DNA from: Octopus sinensis
Lineage: Eukaryota
Assembly: GCF_006345805.1 (NCBI RefSeq)
Contig: NW_021830296.1
Span: 1-5,018 of the forward strand
Direction: 5' to 3'
DNA: 5,018 bases
The notes under the pieces were generated by a model, which saw only the letters and a list, made by a program, of their open reading frames with translations, searched no databases and had not been told where the DNA came from. Of the stretch, positions 1-5,018 are shown piece after piece. How positions within the stretch are numbered: position 1 is the stretch's first letter; the number at the start of each line of letters is the position of its first letter. Made by a program: the position numbers and the translations under genes.

Positions 1-9
1 TATGTAGAA

Positions 10-124
10 GCATTCGTCCTCCAGTTTTTCTAAGCCCTGTAAAAGAACTCGGAAGTTTGGGCCTCCGATCAGGCTTTTCGCAAAACCCTTAAAGCCAGGA
101 ACTTTTCAGCACACCTTCCCCCTA
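10..124 (-). mobile_element. Tc1/mariner-derived non-autonomous element fragment (one TIR plus transposase C-terminal remnant)
   Basis: The minus strand reads TAGGGGGAAGGTGTGCTGAAAAGTTCCTGGCTTT (124->91), a mariner-type TIR starting at a TA. It is followed by KA*SEAQTSEFF / (frameshift) LQGLEKLEDEC, which resembles the mariner transposase C-terminal W..Q..EFF..G(I/L)EKL..R(W/C) segment. No second TIR is present in the window. Confidence 0.6.
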
Positions 125-127
125 CAT

Positions 128-205
128 CTGTATGTATATGTGTGTATGTGTGTCTGCATCTGTGTGTGCTTATGTGTGTGTGTATGTGTGTGTGTGTATG
201 TTTGT
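128..205. repeat. Degenerate (TG)n/(TATG)n microsatellite
   Basis: Visible tgtgtatgtgtgt runs. Confidence 0.9.
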
Positions 206-270
206 AGATAGTAAAATAGATAGGTAGATATAGGTATAGGGTGGTATAGAAACAGCATATTGAATGGTAG

Positions 271-272
<2 letters not shown>

Positions 273-320
<48 letters not shown>

Positions 321-467
321 CTATATATATATATTATATATATATAAGTATAAATATGTATATTTATATATATAATTATATATATATAGTATATATATAT
401 ATATATATATTTATATATTATATTATCTATATATATTATATCTATAATAATATATATATATATATAT
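273..467. repeat. Degenerate (TA)n microsatellite
   Basis: About 195 bp of near-pure TA dinucleotide; source of the YI-repeat ORFs. Confidence 0.95.
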
Positions 468-530
468 TGATAAAAATGGTGAGACAACAAAAGAAAGAAG
501 AACCTTGATACTATGTAAATAGAGGAATTC

Positions 531-688
531 ATCTGTAAATGTAATATGTGACAATTATTCGGTAGCCATGATAAAATTCTGATGGCCAGAAAACTGAAGA
601 GATGGCGGCGTGGATTTCCACCTCGGCATCCGAAACTCGGAGTTTTATCATGGCTACCGAATAATTGTCACATATTACATTTACAGAT
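531..688. repeat. Perfect 46-bp inverted repeat (531-576 / 643-688) with a 66-nt spacer
   Basis: ATCTGTAAATGTAATATGTGACAATTATTCGGTAGCCATGATAAAA at 531-576 is the exact reverse complement of 643-688. It extends to 52 bp (531-582 / 637-688) with 2 mismatches. Confidence 0.97.
583..656 (+). ncRNA. Type I hammerhead ribozyme motif (minimal, probably dimer-dependent; this copy partly degenerate)
   Basis: Core CUGAAGA at 594-600 and GAAA at 632-635. Stem II: GATGGCGGCGTGGA / TCCACCTCGGCATC (601-630; 2 mismatches, 1 GU, extra C631). Short near-palindromic stem III: ACTCGGAGT (635-643). NUH triplet GUU at 642-644. Stem I: TGGCCAGAAAA (583-593) pairs with TTATCATGGCTA (645-656) with one mismatch and one bulge. 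Confidence 0.72.
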
Positions 689-701
689 ATATACATGCGT
701 G

Positions 702-722
702 GTGTGTGTGTGTGTGTGTGTG
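702..722. repeat. (GT)n microsatellite
   Basis: About 10 GT units. Confidence 0.9.
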
Positions 723-1142
723 GAGCACGTGTGTAGAGATGTATGCCTATATGTATGCCTATATCGCATTTAAAATAAAATGTACTTACTGAGTTATTAA
801 AACACATATCGATTATAATTTCACTTCATAATCAAATACTATGAATAACAATTACATTCTCTTTTTGCTATATTTCTGTATTTTCTGAATGATCCTCGTT
901 ATTCATTTCTCTTTATCTATTCACTATAGGGATATAAACAGTATGTTGCATAATTGTTAGCTGTCTGTATTTTCGTTTACCCGCTGAGAGAAACGTTGAT
1001 CTCACCTGTCTGCGATTACTTTATAATGATAGTAACTGCGATATGGGTAAGTGAATTCGTTTACTGTATTCGTTAATAATGTACGAGAGCTTATACGTCT
1101 GTCACAACGACTGATATAGGGTTTGACAGTTAAATATATATA

Positions 1143-1548
1143 TACTCTTTTACTCTTTTACTTGTTTCAGTCATTTGACTGCGGCCATGCTGGAGCACCG
1201 CCTTTAGTCGAGCAAATCGACCCCGGGACTTATGCTTTGTAAGCCCAGTACTTATTCTATCAGTCGCTTTTGCCGAACCGCTAGGTGACGGGGACGTAAA
1301 CACACCAGCATCGGTTGTCAAGCAATGCTAGGGGGACAAACACAGACACACAAACACATACACACACACACATATATATATATACATATATACGACAGGC
1401 TTCTTTCAGTTTCCGTCTACCAAATACACTCACAAGGCATTGGTCGGCCCGGGGCTATAGCAAAGACACTTGCCCAGATGCCACGCAGTGGCCGAACCCG
1501 GAACCATGTGGTTGGTTAGCAAGCTACTTACCACACAGCCACTCCTGC
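1143..1548 (-). mobile_element. tRNA-derived SINE (octopus-type), copy 1
   Basis: Reverse complement of 3396-3785, with about 11 substitutions and a few small indels outside the internal microsatellite (manual alignment). Box A TGGCTGTGTGG is intact; box B is damaged (GGTTCGGCCAC). It has an internal (TA)/(TG) tract and a 3' tail of (GTAAAAGA)2. Confidence 0.92.
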
Positions 1549-1580
1549 ATATATATATATACATATATATATATTTATAT
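1549..1580. repeat. (TA)n microsatellite
   Basis: TA run abutting the 5' end of the SINE. Confidence 0.9.
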
Positions 1581-2081
1581 CCAACACGGAATCAAAGAGA
1601 AAAGATTTCAATAAAAAGATTTCAACTAAAGACCTGATGTTACGTTGACAGATGCCTGCTGAGTCTTGTAAGCCGTTCAGTGATTTAGAATATGTTCTGA
1701 TTTCGATGATTGTCATACGGGCAAGTGAATTAATAGACTACATAGCATGTAACAGGGTGAGAAATTTTGACATAAAGAATTACACTGGTTGTGTCTGTGT
1801 GTTCCGTCTCTTTTGTCCTACTAAATCAGAACATAATTCTTTCGTTAATGATTTACTATTTCGTAACTAATCGGTGGATTTCTACATGGTTATTGCCCCT
1901 GACGTAGATGAAACATTTCTCAATCATACCCTTCAACAACAAACTTAAAGACTCGAGCGAAGAATAAGCAGTCTACGTGTATAGCGACGCCATATATGAA
2001 TTAATTCTCAATAATTTTTTTACTGAAACGGAATGGAGGACACAGAGAGTAAAGTACTGTAAGATATGCATATTGGGTTGA

Positions 2082-2269
2082 AATAATGATGATAATGATG
2101 ATAATGATGATGACGACGATGATGATGACGATGATGATGATCATCATCATCATGATGACGATGACGATGACGTTGACGATGACGATAACGATGTGATGAT
2201 GATGATGACGACGATAACGATGACGATGATGATGATAATGACGATGACGTTGACGATGACGATGACGAC

Positions 2270-2301
<32 letters not shown>

Positions 2302-2421
2302 CGATGACGATGATGATGATGACGATGACGATGACGTTGACGATGACGATGACGATAACGATGTGATGATGATAACGATGACGATGATGATGATGACGAT
2401 GACGTTGACGATGACGATGAC

Positions 2422-2454
<33 letters not shown>
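2082..2454. repeat. Compound trinucleotide microsatellite (GAT/GAC/AAT)n
   Basis: About 370 bp of GAT/GAC units with AAT, AAC and GTT variants; source of the poly-His/Ser/Ile ORFs on the minus strand. Confidence 0.97.
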
Positions 2455-3316
2455 ACAATGGAAGGGACTACACAATCAATTCCACGTAGCTGCAACAGAA
2501 GTTGCTGGGAAAGTAGGTGAGATTGGCTGATAAAAGAAACACCAATAAAAGAGATCGAGAGCACTTTACTAGTATCACAGGACCAAGCTTTGGTCAGGAA
2601 CTGGAGGACCAACGTTAAGAATACTTAATGTCTCCGCTGTACCGTATCTGCAATAGAGCGTATGAAACCATTGCCCACATCATGAACGAATGCCCTACAC
2701 TTGCCCCAAACCATTACAAGTTGTGGCGACATGACCAGGTAGCGAAAGTGCTACGTTGGAAGCTGTGCGTAAAGGGGACGGGGTCTTGATTGACGCAAGA
2801 CGTGGTATGAGAACTAACCGCAGAGTGGAAGTGTCGGAGACTAGCAAAATCCTCTGGGATTTCCCAATCCAAACGGAACAGGGCCTAGAGCATAAAAGAC
2901 CGGACCTAGTGGTGGTGGACAAGATGCACCACATATGCTATATAGTTGACGTTGCATGCCAATTTGACGCACGAATAGTCAAGAAGGAAGGCGAAAACAT
3001 AGATAAATACAACCCTGTTAGTTTGGAAATAGCCCTGCTATGGAAAATGGAGAAGACGGAGATAGTGCCTATTATTGTTCGGTCCTTGGGAACAGTATCA
3101 GAAGGCATGGAGGTGAGTATAACGAAAATTGGAATAGAGTGCCCAGTAGAAATGTTACAAAAGTTTTGCCTCATTGGTACAGTCAGAGTAATCAGGAAAT
3201 GTATTAGTTTAAAAGAACGAATAGCATGATACTACACGCTGCGAGTAGTAAGCCCCGTTACGCATGCATGACTCAAGGAGCTTCAACAAAACATGTGATG
3301 AAGAGAAAATAATAAT
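2455..3316 (+). mobile_element. 5'-truncated R4/Dong-like (R2-group, RLE-type) non-LTR retrotransposon including 3' UTR
   Basis: Post-RT C-terminal motifs occur in the expected order, followed by a stop at 3227-3229, a ~80-nt 3' UTR and an (AAT)3 end at 3308-3316. The 5' end is lost at the triplet array. Confidence 0.85.
2459..3229 (+). pseudogene. Disrupted retrotransposon ORF C-terminus: CCHC zinc knuckle and restriction-like PD-(D/E)xK endonuclease
   Basis: Read across frames: WKGLHNQF (2459); *DWLIKETPIKEIESTLLVSQDQAL (2518); YRICNRAYETIAHIMNECPTLAPNHYKLWRHDQVAKVLRWKLC (2640; first Cys->Tyr, RHD at 2727-2735); WYEN*P (2803); KILWDFPIQT..RPDLVVVDK..IVDVA..KE.ENIDKY..VPIIVRSLG..LQKFCLIGT. 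At least 4 frameshifts plus in-frame stops. Confidence 0.9.
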
Positions 3317-3392
3317 TGAAGAGTGAGGGGAACAGACATAAAGTAGGGGGGGCGGGTTACAGATGATGGATGATAAAAAATAGAAAATAATA

Positions 3393-3790
3393 GGCGCAGG
3401 AGTGGCTGTGTGGTAAGTAGCTTGCTAACCAACCACATGGTTTCGGGTTCAGTCCCACTGCGTGGCATCTTGGGCAAGTGTCTTCTGCTATGGCCCCGGG
3501 CCGACCAATGCCTTGTGAGTGGAATTGGTAGACAGAAACTGAAAGAAGCCTGTCGTATATATGTATATATTTATGTATGTGTGTGTGTTTGTGTGTCTGT
3601 GTTTGTCCCCCTAGCATTACTTGACAACCGATGCTGGTGTGTTTACGTCCCCGTCACTTAGCGGTTCGGCAAAAGAGACCGATAGAATAAGTACTGGGCT
3701 TACAAAGAATAAGTCCCGGGGTCGATTTGCTCGACTAAAGGCGGTGCTCCAGCATGGCCGCAGTCAAATGACTGAAACAAGTAAAGAGAG
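3393..3790 (+). mobile_element. tRNA-derived SINE (octopus-type), copy 2, apparently full length
   Basis: Begins GGCGCAGGAG, with Pol III boxes A and B, a central body, an internal (TA)/(TG) tract at ~3555-3600, 3' hairpins GTCGA-tttgc-TCGAC (3721-3735) and CAGTCA-aa-TGACTG (3761-3774), and a GA-rich tail. Near-identical to copy 1. Confidence 0.93.
3403..3456 (+). promoter_or_regulatory. Internal RNA polymerase III type 2 promoter (box A and box B) of the SINE
   Basis: Box A-like TGGCTGTGTGG at 3403-3413 and box B-like GGTTCAGTCCC at 3446-3456, with tRNA-like spacing. Confidence 0.8.
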
Positions 3791-4303
3791 AAAGAGAGAG
3801 AAACGGTATACATTAGAAGAAGGGAATAATACATCGTATATGTCACCAGAAGAAGAGAGAATAAATGTGACAGTGATGGGATCTTCCTTATACAGGAGGG
3901 CCTCTAGGAATAATCAAGGAACCCCACCATTCAAGATCACCCTGAGTACCAAGGACAACGCCCAGAGTCTCCCCGAGCATGTCGCCGCTCTTTCCCGCCA
4001 TTGATCAATTATATATATATATATACTTTAAGTGGAACATCCACCGATCCTATTGCCCGAGTGACAAAGGACAGAGAGGGCAATGGCAAACATGTTCGCA
4101 AGCAAAGTGGACATGCATTAAAATATGCAGGTATAGATATACATACGGCCTCAAACATAAACATAGGAAGACAACGATACGTGCGGGTTATACATACATA
4201 ATAACTAAATAAGTATAAATAAATAAATATATACATATCGATAGAGAGAGACAGAGAGAGGAAGACAGAGGGAAACAGACTGACAAATAGAAGTCGATAC
4301 ATG

Positions 4304-4306
<3 letters not shown>

Positions 4307-4341
<35 letters not shown>
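4307..4341. repeat. (TA)n microsatellite
   Basis: About 17 perfect AT units. Confidence 0.95.
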
Positions 4342-4343
<2 letters not shown>

Positions 4344-4568
4344 AGACCCGGTGCATGGGTTGACGAGAGGCAATTACCTTGAAACTATAGTCCGTATGTA
4401 TCACTTAGGTTTTCGAGGGAGGATGACCTCCCTTTGCAAATAACACAAGGGCACTGAAATTTTGTGTCTAAAGTCCATCTGGTTGACGTTGATCGCCTGG
4501 GGCTAAAAGCATCAGTAACACCCCACCCCCAGGGCTAGCCACATTCAGATGGCTAGTACACCTTACGT
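4342..4568. other. Hairpin-rich, higher-GC island embedded in (TA)n; probable unclassified repeat fragment
   Basis: Sharp boundaries with (TA)n on both sides and four successive stem-loops (4416-4433, 4443-4467, 4496-4533, 4535-4556). Confidence 0.4.
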
Positions 4569-4602
4569 TATATATATATATACATATATATATATATTAT
4601 AC

Positions 4603-4642
<40 letters not shown>

Positions 4643-5018
4643 CATATAATTATGTATGTATGTATACATGTATGTATGTATGATGTATATAAATACACAC
4701 ACAAACCGCACACAAGCAACACATATGTATGTATAGTGATACATATATCTGCGTGTGTATTTATAAATATATATGTATACTGATAGATATATTTGCATGT
4801 GTGTAAATATATATATATATATGTGTGTATGTATATATATATATATATATATACAGGTAGTGATATAGAGAAGTGCGTTTATGAAAATGTACACATTATA
4901 TACTTATATATATATATATATATAATATATATATCTGTCTGTATGTGTGTGTGTGTGTGTGTGCATTCATATAAATATACGTGTGCATTTATATTCGTAC
5001 ACACACGTACACTTACAC
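4569..5018. repeat. Degenerate (TA)n/(TG)n/(CA)n low-complexity region
   Basis: Alternating purine-pyrimidine microsatellites dominate to the end of the window. Confidence 0.9.

Larger units (their letters stand above)
468..688. mobile_element. Probable Penelope-like element (PLE) pseudo-LTR remnant: inverted partial copy (468-582, minus) joined to a hammerhead-bearing copy (583-688, plus)
   Basis: A hammerhead core, an inverted partial duplication of the sequence downstream of it, and flanking TA-rich microsatellite. PLE pLTRs are known to carry minimal type I hammerheads and to form inverted truncated copies. No RT or GIY-YIG coding sequence is seen, so the family call is inferred. Confidence 0.6.

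Noticed and set aside
260-532. YI-repeat ORFs (also 4009-4404, 4188-4373 and 4604-4894)
   Set aside because: Translations of (TA)n microsatellites, which lack stops by composition.
529-807. Overlapping ORFs sharing the peptide SEFYHGYRIIVTYYIYR on both strands
   Set aside because: A by-product of the 46-bp inverted repeat, not a protein motif.
1130-1614. ORFs with apparent paralogues at 3283-4004 (MTTDAGVFTSP..., MLGGQTQTHK...)
   Set aside because: Translations of the two non-coding SINE copies; indels between the copies do not preserve frame.
1600-1625. AAAAGATTTCAA direct repeat x2
   Set aside because: A short local slippage duplication with only two units; not CRISPR-like or otherwise informative.
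2001-2612. Poly-His/Ser/Ile ORFs suggesting a metal-binding protein, or poly-Asp on the plus strand
   Set aside because: All three minus frames are open simply because (ATC/GTC)n has no stops. Frame-breaking variants and the lack of coding context argue against a gene.
2756-3229. 157-aa ORF as a functional stand-alone nuclease gene
   Set aside because: It starts at a TTG, its N-terminus is out of frame with the upstream retroelement motifs, and it is the tail of a decayed ORF.
3393-3465. Functional tRNA gene
   Set aside because: It has A and B boxes but no complete cloverleaf, and it continues into a SINE body present twice.
1143-3790. Single DNA transposon with ~400-bp TIRs carrying a nuclease
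   Set aside because: The arms are Pol III SINEs with different tails, no shared TSD is visible, and the internal nuclease is retrotransposon-type.
3804-4004. Higher-GC open stretch downstream of SINE copy 2
   Set aside because: No recognisable protein motif in the frames examined and no diagnostic termini; cannot be assigned without a database search.

Overview
AT-rich, microsatellite-dense, repeat-dominated eukaryotic intergenic or intronic DNA. The SINE family and the (TA)n/(TG)n load look like an octopus/coleoid cephalopod genome (inference). No intact host gene is supported. From left to right: (1) the end of a degraded mariner-derived element (~10-124); (2) a Penelope-like remnant (~468-688) made of a type I hammerhead-ribozyme motif (583-656) inside a perfect 46-bp inverted repeat; (3) two near-identical ~400-bp tRNA-derived SINEs in inverted, head-to-head orientation (1143-1548 minus, 3393-3790 plus); (4) between them, a ~370-bp compound (GAT/GAC/AAT)n array directly followed by a 5'-truncated, frameshifted R4/Dong-like non-LTR retrotransposon (CCHC knuckle, RHD motif, PD-(D/E)xK endonuclease, 3' UTR, short AAT tail); (5) a hairpin-rich ~225-bp island within (TA)n (4342-4568). 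Apart from the retroelement part of 2756..3229, the supplied ORFs look like artefacts of microsatellites or SINEs, or have no recognisable product. The most notable signal is the hammerhead ribozyme paired with its own antisense arm.
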